From sequence record LC819007.1: a stretch of DNA of 64,000 bases; one strand, written 5' to 3'. The position numbers were made by a program, and so were the translations under genes. Position 1 is the first letter of the stretch; each line of letters opens with the position of its first letter. Below, one piece after another: positions 47,912-56,663 of this stretch. The notes beneath the pieces are model-generated. The model saw only the letters and a program-made list of their open reading frames with translations, was not told the DNA's origin and searched no databases.

Positions 47912-48916
47912 TCATGAATGCTTGCGTTCCAACTCTTCAATCGCAAACTTTTCATGCAAGAGAACTGGCAGCGTGACATGCGAGAGCGTTTGCTGCTTAC
48001 GCTTCAAGGTCAGGTTGGGCGAGGCGATCAACCGGTTCTTGACCTCGTCAATGTACTCGTACACCCGCTGCAGACACGGGAAAGCAATCGTGGTCTTGCG
48101 ATGCTTGTAGAGACAATGCTCGCTGTAGGACTTGTTGTTGCAGAACGTCGAGACATGCATGGTGACAGTCTTGTCCTCGTGGATATGAGCCACATAGCGC
48201 AGCGTCAGACGACGCTCCGGACAGCACTCATAGCCGAAGTACAGATTGAGCTCAATGAGCTCTTTGTCATCCCGCGCATACTCGTCAGCCCAGTTCATCT
48301 TTTCGAGTCCAGCCAGGTCAATGATGTCCTGAACAAACTCGAACTTCAGATGCTTCTGGTAATTCGGGTTGGTCTTAAGCTTTAATGCCTCACCCAAATA
48401 CTGACTGCATGCATCCAAGTCTTGCATACTTGGATTATCAAATCGTGCGATATTCGAGTTGTCGATCGCTGTTTCGATCGCCACCTTGATCGCTGCGTAG
48501 TCTTGCACCACGCGTTCAATATAAGCGTCGTACGGCTCACCATCAACCCGTGCCAGCGCTTCGGCCGTGCTCATGAGAGCGGGGGAGACCATATAGTCAT
48601 CCACCAAGGACCGAGGCGTCAGTCCCAACTCACGACCGTTTTGAATCACCTTGCCGAGCAGCGTCGCACACAAACCGTGAACGGTAGAAGCCCGCTCAGC
48701 AGTTCGCAGCACGTGCTGGATATAGGCATGACCCGTGAGGTCTTTTCTGCCCATATGGACGATATACGCAAGTTCCAAACAGGTGTTGCGAAGATCCAGT
48801 AGGAAACGCTCCGTATTGCGCGCTGTTTTATGCGATTCCTGCGCTTTCGTTTTCAGCGTTTGCAAGGCCGCGTGCTGTTTCTCCAGTGGAGTCTTCTTTA
48901 CATCCGAGAGCATCAT
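47912..48916 (-). CDS. RelA/SpoT HD-hydrolase-like protein with degenerate active site
   Basis: AYIVHMGRKDLTGHAYIQHVLR...GEPYDAYIERV...IKV.....DNSNIARF follows the small alarmone hydrolase pattern, but HD is replaced by GK. Confidence 0.65.
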   Translation of the reverse strand: MMLSDVKKTPLEKQHAALQTLKTKAQESHKTARNTERFLLDLRNTCLELAYIVHMGRKDLTGHAYIQHVLRTAERASTVHGLCATLLGKVIQNGRELGLTPRSLVDDYMVSPALMSTAEALARVDGEPYDAYIERVVQDYAAIKVAIETAIDNSNIARFDNPSMQDLDACSQYLGEALKLKTNPNYQKHLKFEFVQDIIDLAGLEKMNWADEYARDDKELIELNLYFGYECCPERRLTLRYVAHIHEDKTVTMHVSTFCNNKSYSEHCLYKHRKTTIAFPCLQRVYEYIDEVKNRLIASPNLTLKRKQQTLSHVTLPVLLHEKFAIEELERKHS

Positions 48917-49075
48917 GCCGTATTCTCCTTATTCGCAGTTCAATTGGGTTAGCTGCTACTGGTCGTCTCGCCACTGTAAATTACGGAGTTTTTTGTGTGT
49001 TGAACTAGTGGCATGCCATATGCGTCGTAGTACAAAAACACTTCTCTCCACGCCTGAATCCTATGTCTAAGAAAC

Positions 49076-49819
49076 TTGGCGTCACTACCTATGTTCGAAT
49101 CCCTTCTTATTACACCACCGCGCAGCAGCATTATCGTCCCCAGCGGTAATCCGCTGGCAGGGTACAACTGGGACGCGAATGCGAGCACGGGCTCACAACT
49201 CATTACCCCTTCGGTTGCAGGGACACTCATTGCTCCGCCGGTTCCGACTGCAGGTGCATTGCAGGGCTACTCCAAGATTCTGAAGTGTGGCGGTGGAGCA
49301 CCCAACGTCGAACTGTTGCCACGCTCGTTTGCTAACGTGGGGCTGGGTGACTACACTGTGGAGTTCCGTATCCTGCTGGGAGCGTCGTCCGGCTACGTGG
49401 ATCTCTTCACCATCTACTCCAACCCGTACTACATCTACGCACGAATTGGTGACTCGGGCTTCGGTAACCGAGTGCAGGTGTCAATGTACCCGACTACCAT
49501 TGCAGGTTGCTGGAATATCCCGTACAGCCGTACCGACATGACCAATGCCTGGCGGCATATGGTCTTGCAGCGTCGAAGCAACAAGTTCTCCTGCTGGTTC
49601 GATGGCGTGAAACAAAGTTTAGCCAATGGTACTGGATCGACGTACAACACTCCGGATGCTGATGTCTCCGGGATGACCATTACCAATGCCAGCTTTGCAG
49701 GCTTCGATGGTACTGCGTCCAACGTCGTCTACGTGGCTGAAGTCGCGTTCTTCAACATCGCGAAATACACAGGCAACTTCACCCCGCCTGTGGGTTATAT
49801 GTACCCCATTCCGTCATAG
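49076..49819 (+). CDS. LamG/concanavalin-A-like lectin domain protein, probably virion-associated
   Basis: DYTVEF, WRHMVLQR...CWFDG, C-terminal AKYTGNFTPP; N-terminal MFESLL. Confidence 0.65.
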   Translation: MASLPMFESLLITPPRSSIIVPSGNPLAGYNWDANASTGSQLITPSVAGTLIAPPVPTAGALQGYSKILKCGGGAPNVELLPRSFANVGLGDYTVEFRILLGASSGYVDLFTIYSNPYYIYARIGDSGFGNRVQVSMYPTTIAGCWNIPYSRTDMTNAWRHMVLQRRSNKFSCWFDGVKQSLANGTGSTYNTPDADVSGMTITNASFAGFDGTASNVVYVAEVAFFNIAKYTGNFTPPVGYMYPIPS

Positions 49820-49863
49820 CGGCATAAAGCCCGGGTCACCCCAGGCTTTATGCTTTTATGCCG
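49819..49863. terminator. bidirectional hairpin terminator
   Basis: gcggcataaagcc...ggctttatgc-ttttatgccg. Confidence 0.65.
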
Positions 49864-50778
49864 TCAGTCCTTCGGATACACTTCTTTGTTGAACGCAAGG
49901 AACGTATTCAACTGTGCGCGAGCGACTTCCACCGCGCCCGACCAGATCACCTGATAAGCGCGATCCAGATGTTCCCACGCCTTGAGACCGCGCACGCGGT
50001 GCTGATCCTGCGAGTCCCAGGAGTAATTCATCGTCATGTGCACCGACGTCTTGTAGATGCCGTAGATCGTATCGGCCATGGCGTCCGGCTTGTTGACCAG
50101 ATGATGCACGATCACCTGCGCCGGATCGATATCCGGCAGCGAACGGAACAATTCGCTGTGCTTCTCGAAGTCACCCAGGAAACGGGTCACAGCCGAGCGT
50201 ACCTGGTCTCCCTGGACGATCGTGAACAGGCGTGCGACTTCACTGATAATCGACGGGATGCGCACTTGGATATACGCGTCCTGGTCGCCGACCCAGAGCG
50301 CGAAACGCAGATACACGTCCCAGTTCAGCTCCGTGTTCAGACGCTTCACCACGATCGCGCTTTCGAAGTGCACGCCGGTTTCGTTCTCGGCTCGCTTCTG
50401 CCGCACGAAGTCTTCCATGATGATCAGCAGTTCCTCGACCGGCCGTGGATCTTTCACCAGTCGATTCGGCAACTGCAGGCCGTGGGGCGCCAGTTGCTTC
50501 TGGATGTAGTTCTCCACCCGATGGAGCGTATGCAGGAAGTTATCCCGCTCATACATCGCGTTGTAGATCACCGTGCCCGGTTCTTCGGACAGATTCAAGG
50601 TAATCCAGCGATCGTGATTCAGACCGCTGTTGAGTGCTGCCGTGCGCAAGCCCTTCGCTGCGCTGTAATGTTTCTGCGTCGACGGCGCGCTGAAGAGGGA
50701 TTGCACTTTGACCGAATAGCCAAAGCCCAATGCTTGTTCCAGGAAATCCTGGAGGGAGAGAGTCGTCACGGCTTCCAT
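49864..50778 (-). CDS. hypothetical protein
   Basis: About 304 aa from MEAVTT with RBS aagga. Confidence 0.65.
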   Translation of the reverse strand: MEAVTTLSLQDFLEQALGFGYSVKVQSLFSAPSTQKHYSAAKGLRTAALNSGLNHDRWITLNLSEEPGTVIYNAMYERDNFLHTLHRVENYIQKQLAPHGLQLPNRLVKDPRPVEELLIIMEDFVRQKRAENETGVHFESAIVVKRLNTELNWDVYLRFALWVGDQDAYIQVRIPSIISEVARLFTIVQGDQVRSAVTRFLGDFEKHSELFRSLPDIDPAQVIVHHLVNKPDAMADTIYGIYKTSVHMTMNYSWDSQDQHRVRGLKAWEHLDRAYQVIWSGAVEVARAQLNTFLAFNKEVYPKD

Positions 50779-50865
50779 GTCATCCTTCTGATTATTCGGG
50801 GTGGCTTTTCTAATAACACTCAATCTGAATGTGAGTAGAAAAACGAAAAAAATAAATAGCACATT

Positions 50866-51441
50866 GCCCACCCTCTAACCACTCGGTCTTACTCTAGCCG
50901 CTTCGCGAAGTAGCTAGTGTCAAGTGAGTGCGTTGGGGTGGGCGTATGCCTTTCTTTGAGTGACGCGGATCTCTCAGCAAATCTCCTAGTGGCATTCCAT
51001 CGGTTCCAGATTGATGGCGCGGGCTAGGTCTCAGTGCTTATTGAGTTCTCTGTCAAAGACACCACACAGGCGTCTGTTTCTCGATTCTGGTAGCGTGTAC
51101 TTACCAGGCTTGAGGGCTCGTCAGTTCCCTCAATATGACGCCAGTTGTCCGACGTACGCAAGTATGTCTGCAATCGGAGAGCCAGCGTGAGCGACGGCAT
51201 GTAAGAACCAGGTAAGTGAAGATCAGCTACTTTTCACTGTAGGTGTTAGCCCTGTTCCTAGCGACTCGCGTCGTTAAGGAACCCATTTTACGCAGGTGCT
51301 CATGCTGCGCGGAATGTAGGCGATGCAAACGAGCATCAGACCACGGGTTGAACGTTAGGTCCAATACCCGTGTGAAAAGAGGAGATCTCCAGAAACCCCA
51401 GCTCAAGTACCGCAAGAAGCTAGCGTAACCGTAGATTTTTT
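50866..51441 (+). ncRNA. candidate large structured non-coding RNA (family unknown)
   Basis: About 570 nt without a credible ORF, at least nine helices, most G-U wobbles and a GCAA tetraloop favour the + strand. Confidence 0.5.
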
Positions 51442-51498
51442 GTTCTCCTTATTTGGTTCTATAAAAATGGAACGAGCTGTAATTTCTTACAGCTTACC

Positions 51499-51747
51499 TT
51501 ATTCCGGCTTCTGATTCCGGATGCACTCGTCCCGAGCATGCTCGAAACGTTCAGTGCGCCACTGGTTCAGAAGCAGGTCCACGTTAGTCGTGGACGGCGC
51601 AACCACGGGAGGCGGCGAAGGCGGGACAGCCTCTACCACCTCCCAGACAACCGGCGCCGGCTTGAGACGCTGCTCACGCGACTGGCGAGCTTGCAGCGAT
51701 TCAGAGGTCGTTGTAATACGAGACACTGGCGAGAGGCTTATGGTCAT
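51499..51747 (-). CDS. hypothetical protein
   Basis: 82 aa, followed by hairpin agctgtaa/ttacagct. Confidence 0.5.
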   Translation of the reverse strand: MTISLSPVSRITTTSESLQARQSREQRLKPAPVVWEVVEAVPPSPPPVVAPSTTNVDLLLNQWRTERFEHARDECIRNQKPE

Positions 51748-52087
51748 AGCTGAAAATCTCCAGGGTATAACGCATACGAGTTTCGCTCTTTTCGCGAGTA
51801 ATCTTCGCGGTCGGGTGCGTAGCCGACGTGCTCTTGAATGCAGCCTTGAACGACTGAACTGCTTCGATGTAGCGGTTCAGCTTTGCTTCATCCAGCATGG
51901 TCATGTTGCTGTAACGCAGAGCACGTTGCACGCGGCGCAGTTCGTTTTCGAGTGCGTCGTGATGCACGGCCGTGTTCGTGAAGAAGTCAACGTTCTGCAC
52001 TTCAAACGTTTCGACCTTCGGTGCAACCTTGACCGGTGCGTCTTCGATACCGAGCAGGGCTTTGAGTTCGTTGGTGATGGACAGCAT
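51701..52087 (-). CDS. hypothetical protein
   Basis: 128 aa; RBS aaggag. Confidence 0.65.
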   Translation of the reverse strand: MLSITNELKALLGIEDAPVKVAPKVETFEVQNVDFFTNTAVHHDALENELRRVQRALRYSNMTMLDEAKLNRYIEAVQSFKAAFKSTSATHPTAKITREKSETRMRYTLEIFSYDHKPLASVSYYNDL

Positions 52088-52118
52088 GGCAATACTCCTT
52101 GAGTTATTTAAAAGGTTT

Positions 52119-52445
52119 TCAGATCACTGCGCTCAGGCAGGTATAACCAACCGAGTGAGTCTCAGACCCCTCGATTGCTCGGACCTCGATCCTGAGGCCA
52201 CCAGTACCACAGATGGATTTGCGCGTAATCGTCAGCACGCTAAACTGCCGCTCACCAAGCTCACGCACTTTCTCGCTGAAGAGGATTATCTCCTCCAGCA
52301 TCTCGCCTTCCAATTCAAAGGCGCGGGCATAGCGCAGAGCGTTCAAGCTCTCCACATGTGCAGCTATCTTACCTTCCTGGCGCTCCGTGTAAGTTTCCTT
52401 AGCGGGCAGCCAGGCCATCATTCTCTTTCTTTCTACGGTTGACAC
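52119..52445 (-). CDS. hypothetical protein
   Basis: 108 aa. Confidence 0.5.
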   Translation of the reverse strand: MSTVERKRMMAWLPAKETYTERQEGKIAAHVESLNALRYARAFELEGEMLEEIILFSEKVRELGERQFSVLTITRKSICGTGGLRIEVRAIEGSETHSVGYTCLSAVI

Positions 52446-52535
52446 AATTGCTCCCTGTTGCGAGTTGTTCGGCGCATAAAGCGCCGACCACCAGGGTCAG
52501 CGCTTGTGTTAGTTCTTATTCAACCACGACTCCAA

Positions 52536-52964
52536 TTACTGCTTGAACCAGACAGCCGAGCGGGTGGTGCCGTCGACCAACACGTACACCACCTTCACGC
52601 ATTCGCGTGTTTGACCCGGTGTGCACATCACGCCCGTACACAGCGACACAGCCGACCAGTTATCGCGGATCATGTTGCGATCAATGTCGCTCAACAGATC
52701 CTTGAGAGCCGTCAGATGCAAGTCACGCGTGTACGGCAACTGACGCTCGATGCTGGTGATCGCATCACGCAGCGACGAACGCTTGAAGATGTCGCCTTCG
52801 TTGAGGAAATCCGAGCGGCTGTACTCGACGAAGCCGAGCGGCATATTGCCCGGCAGGCTCGACGGCTGCGGAGCCGGCGCAGCTGCGGGACGATCACCCA
52901 GTGCGTCAGCGAGGATGTTCAGGGCAACAGCGGCAGCCAGCTTCGAGGTACGGTTCGTGAACAT
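52536..52964 (-). CDS. hypothetical protein
   Basis: 142 aa; RBS. Confidence 0.6.
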   Translation of the reverse strand: MFTNRTSKLAAAVALNILADALGDRPAAAPAPQPSSLPGNMPLGFVEYSRSDFLNEGDIFKRSSLRDAITSIERQLPYTRDLHLTALKDLLSDIDRNMIRDNWSAVSLCTGVMCTPGQTRECVKVVYVLVDGTTRSAVWFKQ

Positions 52965-53008
52965 GGTATTTTCCTTTACAGAGTTTATTGAGTTAGAGGT
53001 ACTACGAC

Positions 53009-53287
53009 TTACAGACAGATGCGACCACTCACCACAAAGCTGGCGATATGGTCTTCGATATACTTCATGGAGTCGTGATTGCGGTCATCGCAGAAGCGAT
53101 TGATTTCAGCAACCATCACACGAGCCAGCACAACCTTGGTGTAACGACCCACGCTCACGTGGTCCTTTTCCACCGCTTGTTCTACCGCTACCAGAGCTGC
53201 CTGACGGCGAGCAGCCCAGTCAATCGTCGGAGCCTTTTCCATGAGTGATCCAAATGCATTGGTCATGAGAGCAGAGATGAGAGACAT
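53009..53287 (-). CDS. hypothetical protein
   Basis: 92 aa. Confidence 0.55.
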   Translation of the reverse strand: MSLISALMTNAFGSLMEKAPTIDWAARRQAALVAVEQAVEKDHVSVGRYTKVVLARVMVAEINRFCDDRNHDSMKYIEDHIASFVVSGRICL

Positions 53288-53349
53288 GATCTAGTCCAGT
53301 TGGCAGGCACATTGGAGAGAGCGCTTGCTCTCCCCGATGAGTCCGCTAG

Positions 53350-53631
53350 TTAGCGACCATCGATTTCGAACCGTTCTACCAGTTCATCGACGACACACAA
53401 GTCCGAGATGCTGCGGACATCCTTCGCAGCCTTGAGCAAACGCTCCAGCTCGTCAGCACGACGGTTCTTCATGAACTCCGGCGTGCTGTGAGTGTGGTCG
53501 TCTTCCATCGCCGCGGCCAACTTGCTGCTCACCCGAGCAAACAGTCGGTCGAACTTCGCCACCACATCCGTTGCCAGTGTACGGCTGGGATGATTCAGGG
53601 GACGTGCGGGACGGTTGATGAATTCAAACAT
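53350..53631 (-). CDS. hypothetical protein
   Basis: 93 aa; RBS aagga. Confidence 0.6.
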   Translation of the reverse strand: MFEFINRPARPLNHPSRTLATDVVAKFDRLFARVSSKLAAAMEDDHTHSTPEFMKNRRADELERLLKAAKDVRSISDLCVVDELVERFEIDGR

Positions 53632-53642
53632 GTTACTCTTCC

Positions 53643-53759
53643 TTATTTAGAATTATGATCGACGACTTCGACAGTGTAGTCGTCACTAACAACGTGCAGC
53701 GCGGGACAAACAATCCGCACCAACCAACACACCAGCTTATCCAACCACAGAACTTTCAT
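53643..53759 (-). CDS. small hypothetical protein (38 aa)
   Basis: MKVLWLDKLVCWLVRIVC..., RBS gagaggtg. Confidence 0.4.
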   Translation of the reverse strand: MKVLWLDKLVCWLVRIVCPALHVVSDDYTVEVVDHNSK

Positions 53760-53794
53760 TGAGTCACCTCTCTGAATTTCATGTTGCGGATACT

Positions 53795-53828
53795 GCGGCA
53801 TAAAGGCCAGGGTTTCCCCTGGCCTCTT
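53795..53828 (-). terminator. hairpin terminator
   Basis: gcggcataaa-ggccaggg-tttc-ccctggcc. Confidence 0.75.
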
Positions 53829-53830
53829 AC

Positions 53831-54334
53831 TTACACATGAACCGGATGCAGAACTTGGTAGTGAATGTGTGCACCCTTGACACGATCCAGGTTCGGCGTC
53901 GAGAACGTCGTATCGATTGCCTTCTGGAGGAAGGTGCCGATGTTGTCCCACGGGCCATGACCGCGATCAGTGACGTCTGCACCGAAGATGAAGTCCGCGT
54001 CCGAACCCGTCAGGTTTGTACCAAACGGATCGATGTCGAGTGCTCGTGTGATATACGAGGAGCAGCACACACCCAGCGCCACCGGAGCAGCGCCAGTCTT
54101 CACATCGCGCTGGAACACCACGACGTTACCGAACGGCGTGCCGACGAGGATCAGCTTACGACCGTCCGGTGCCGTTGCGCCACCGATGCTACCCGGCACC
54201 AGCTTCGGAGCGTCAGCGGAATCCACTGCACCGAAGAAGCCATCATCCACCACCCACTTCGGATCGAAGCGGATCATGGAGATCGAGTCAAACTTTGCGT
54301 CGAACTTTTTCGATGCGTCGAGTTTCTTGAACAT
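53831..54334 (-). CDS. conserved jumbo-phage hypothetical protein
   Basis: IRFDPKW...DGRKLILVGTPFGNVVVFQR recalls a family seen in phiKZ-like phages; function unknown. Confidence 0.6.
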   Translation of the reverse strand: MFKKLDASKKFDAKFDSISMIRFDPKWVVDDGFFGAVDSADAPKLVPGSIGGATAPDGRKLILVGTPFGNVVVFQRDVKTGAAPVALGVCCSSYITRALDIDPFGTNLTGSDADFIFGADVTDRGHGPWDNIGTFLQKAIDTTFSTPNLDRVKGAHIHYQVLHPVHV

Positions 54335-54426
54335 TTAAGTTCTCCTGATTTAGAGTTATTGGAACTACGGGTTGGACTGCATTGCGGAGAGCTATCCGGA
54401 GATAGCTCTTGACACTGCGGTCTAAC

Positions 54427-54831
54427 TTACCACCAGCGCGCCATCACGAAGGCCGCGAAACATTCGAGCGAGTCGAACAGCTCCGGCTCCTCCTCCCGGG
54501 TGTCGTTGTAGAACAACTCACCCCAGATGGGGAAGCTGTGCAACGAACCCGGGCGGAGCTCATGAACGATCGTGCACCCGTACAGCTGGGCCATGATCGT
54601 GCTCTCAGTGCGGTACTCCCACTTGAGCGTCTTCATAAGCTGCGAGAGCGCCGTACCTTCGCCACGTCGCGGATCATTCTCCGGACGACGGCTCAGGTAG
54701 ATCTCGGCGGCTTCATGATCGCGGCAGTAATCCACCGCGGTCTTGCCCTTGATCTTCTCGCTGCGCTCCGCATACAGGCGGGCGACTTCAGCGTTGATCT
54801 CGGGGGAATACAAATCACGATTCTTTTCCAT
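54427..54831 (-). CDS. hypothetical protein
   Basis: Start MEKNRD with RBS aggag. Confidence 0.6.
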   Translation of the reverse strand: MEKNRDLYSPEINAEVARLYAERSEKIKGKTAVDYCRDHEAAEIYLSRRPENDPRRGEGTALSQLMKTLKWEYRTESTIMAQLYGCTIVHELRPGSLHSFPIWGELFYNDTREEEPELFDSLECFAAFVMARWW

Positions 54832-54832
54832 C

Positions 54833-55090
54833 TCAATCTCCTGGATTGTCCATTGCGTTGCGAGCCTGCGTAACACTACGCTCAACTCGTTCTTCGAGAC
54901 CCTCAGCTTCGTACAAGACGAACTCGGTCGGCTTGTAGTCAGAGGGCATGCCGTCGATCGTCTTCAGGAAGTTCTTAGCCAAGCTCAGACTGCTGTCTGC
55001 CCAGCGTCGCTTGTCTTGCGACATCTTGGAGCGCGGCAACACGTCTTCCAACTCAGCCACCAGCGATCGCAGGTAATCAAACTTGCTCAC
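54833..55090 (-). CDS. hypothetical protein
   Basis: 85 aa, coupled. Confidence 0.6.
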   Translation of the reverse strand: MSKFDYLRSLVAELEDVLPRSKMSQDKRRWADSSLSLAKNFLKTIDGMPSDYKPTEFVLYEAEGLEERVERSVTQARNAMDNPGD

Positions 55091-55335
55091 AGGTCATCCT
55101 CCAAGATCCACCGGGTAACTTGCTCATTCAGAGCAATGCCTTCCAGCATGTGAATACGATCATGAGCATCGTAGCTCTTGAAGAACAGGACGATCTCGTC
55201 ACGCAGCTTGCAGTAGCTGCGGAACAGATCTTCGGTGAGCGTGTCGTTGTGAATGTGCGTACACATCACGTCATCGATACGCTCCAGCATGCTGAGCTTC
55301 AAAGCTTCAGCATCCGACAGAAGTTGCTCCGCCAT
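55087..55335 (-). CDS. hypothetical protein
   Basis: 82 aa, coupled. Confidence 0.6.
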   Translation of the reverse strand: MAEQLLSDAEALKLSMLERIDDVMCTHIHNDTLTEDLFRSYCKLRDEIVLFFKSYDAHDRIHMLEGIALNEQVTRWILEDDL

Positions 55336-55338
55336 GAC

Positions 55339-55719
55339 TCAAGCCTCCTTGCCCGAACGCAGGCCGGTAAAACGGAAGTGGTACTGGCGTTGACCACCAA
55401 TCTCACTGAAGTACAGCACGTAGATGTTCGACTCCGTGATGTTGTCACAGTAGTACACCGTGACTTCCCAGTTCTTGATGAACGTGGCGAAGTCGCTGTA
55501 GGCCAGCTCGATCACGTCGCCTACTGCTTCGCGCATCAGCATGCCTTCCTGGTCGACTGCCACCGTGCCGGTGTAGTCGATACGATCCTGCAGTTGTTGC
55601 AGGACTTCATTCAGCACCGTGATACCGAAGTGACCGTTGATGATGGTCTTCTTGTTGGTCAGGTACTTGCGCTTGTTAGCTTCGATGAGCTTAGCGGCGG
55701 CGGAGAGAACTTTACCCAT
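55339..55719 (-). CDS. hypothetical protein
   Basis: 126 aa; RBS aaggag. Confidence 0.6.
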   Translation of the reverse strand: MGKVLSAAAKLIEANKRKYLTNKKTIINGHFGITVLNEVLQQLQDRIDYTGTVAVDQEGMLMREAVGDVIELAYSDFATFIKNWEVTVYYCDNITESNIYVLYFSEIGGQRQYHFRFTGLRSGKEA

Positions 55720-55757
55720 GGTGATACTCCTTATTTAGAATTGGAATGGTAATACGG

Positions 55758-55997
55758 TTAAGCGACTTTCTTGATAACGAGGAACTGCTCGTAGTTGACC
55801 GGGTCATCCGGATCATCCACGTAGCTGCGCGTGCGCAGGCTGACCGACTCGATGCTGAGATGTTCCAGCACCAGGCACTCACCCCACTTCTCGTTACACA
55901 ACGTCAGGATTGAAGCCATGGTTCGATACTCGCCTGTCGAGAGAAGATACATTTCGGTATCCGTATCAACCGGCTGTTCCACTGTCCACTGAGACAT
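55758..55997 (-). CDS. hypothetical protein
   Basis: Start MSQWTV. Confidence 0.55.
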   Translation of the reverse strand: MSQWTVEQPVDTDTEMYLLSTGEYRTMASILTLCNEKWGECLVLEHLSIESVSLRTRSYVDDPDDPVNYEQFLVIKKVA

Positions 55998-56007
55998 GGT
56001 GTTTCCT

Positions 56008-56442
56008 TTATTGTTCAGCACGAATCACGAACGAAGCCTTACCGACTTTCGTTCCGCGATCGCAGAATTGCAATTCGAAGAAATCCGTGTTCTTTACATC
56101 GCCGTCAAAGAAGAGCCAGGCGTCGGGTTCTTCCCGATCATTCGCTACTGCAATGGCTGCGGTCAGCGTGGTCATGAACCGCGCATCCGCTTTGGTAATC
56201 TTGGTTACTGCTTCCGGTGACGCTCCAGTCATCTGGAGTTTGTTCGTCCGGATACTGCACCAGAAGGAAATCATCTGGACGACGCTCTTGTGTTCTGGCG
56301 TCAGCTTCACACACTGCAGGTCACGTGTCTTCGCCGGTTTCAGGCTAACACGGTGACCACTTGCGCTCGCAAAGCTAGCCAGCGCATGGCCTGCCAAGAA
56401 CTTGGCGGTGTTGCCCGTCAAGGCGTTGAACAAGTAACCCAT
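56008..56442 (-). CDS. hypothetical protein
   Basis: 144 aa; RBS ggag. Confidence 0.6.
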   Translation of the reverse strand: MGYLFNALTGNTAKFLAGHALASFASASGHRVSLKPAKTRDLQCVKLTPEHKSVVQMISFWCSIRTNKLQMTGASPEAVTKITKADARFMTTLTAAIAVANDREEPDAWLFFDGDVKNTDFFELQFCDRGTKVGKASFVIRAEQ

Positions 56443-56469
56443 GATTTACTCCAAAGAAAAAATCCAGCG

Positions 56470-56503
56470 AAAAGAACGGGGAAGAGCTTTCGCCCTTCCC
56501 CGT
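56470..56503 (-). terminator. intrinsic terminator inside a promoter-proximal leader
   Basis: Minus strand acggggaagggc-GAAA-gctcttccccgt followed by tctttt. Confidence 0.75.
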
Positions 56504-56576
56504 AAAAGTGCCTAGCCCATTCGGGCTACGCTCACGAGAAAGCAGCCTAAGTAGCCATATGGTTACATTAGTTCAA

Positions 56577-56589
56577 GTGGTGATATGTG
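56577..56589 (-). promoter_or_regulatory. putative early promoter CCACATATCACCAC
   Basis: Motif copy with upstream TTTCAA; follows terminator 56617-56663. Confidence 0.6.
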
Positions 56590-56616
56590 GTTGAAACTTT
56601 TTTCGTTTGAATCGTA

Positions 56617-56663
56617 GCGGCATAGGAGCGAGAGGAGGCGCAATGCCTCCTCTCGCTTATGCT
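56617..56663 (-). terminator. hairpin terminator
   Basis: gcggcatag-gagcgagaggaggc-gcaat-gcctcctctcgct-tatgc. Confidence 0.75.

Noticed and set aside
50927-51210. Group II or group I intron or RNase P interpretation (GTGCG at 50927; agaaaccccagc near the 3' end)
   Set aside because: No convincing domain V, P7 or P4 GAGGAAAGUCC elements, and no interrupted host gene
50934-51400. tmRNA interpretation of the large ncRNA (TGGGGT can pair with ACCCCA; SspB nearby)
   Set aside because: No T-arm or 3' CCA and no ANDEN...ALAA tag frame found
51227-51428. Short ORFs overlapping the ncRNA candidate
   Set aside because: No RBS and atypical composition; probably chance
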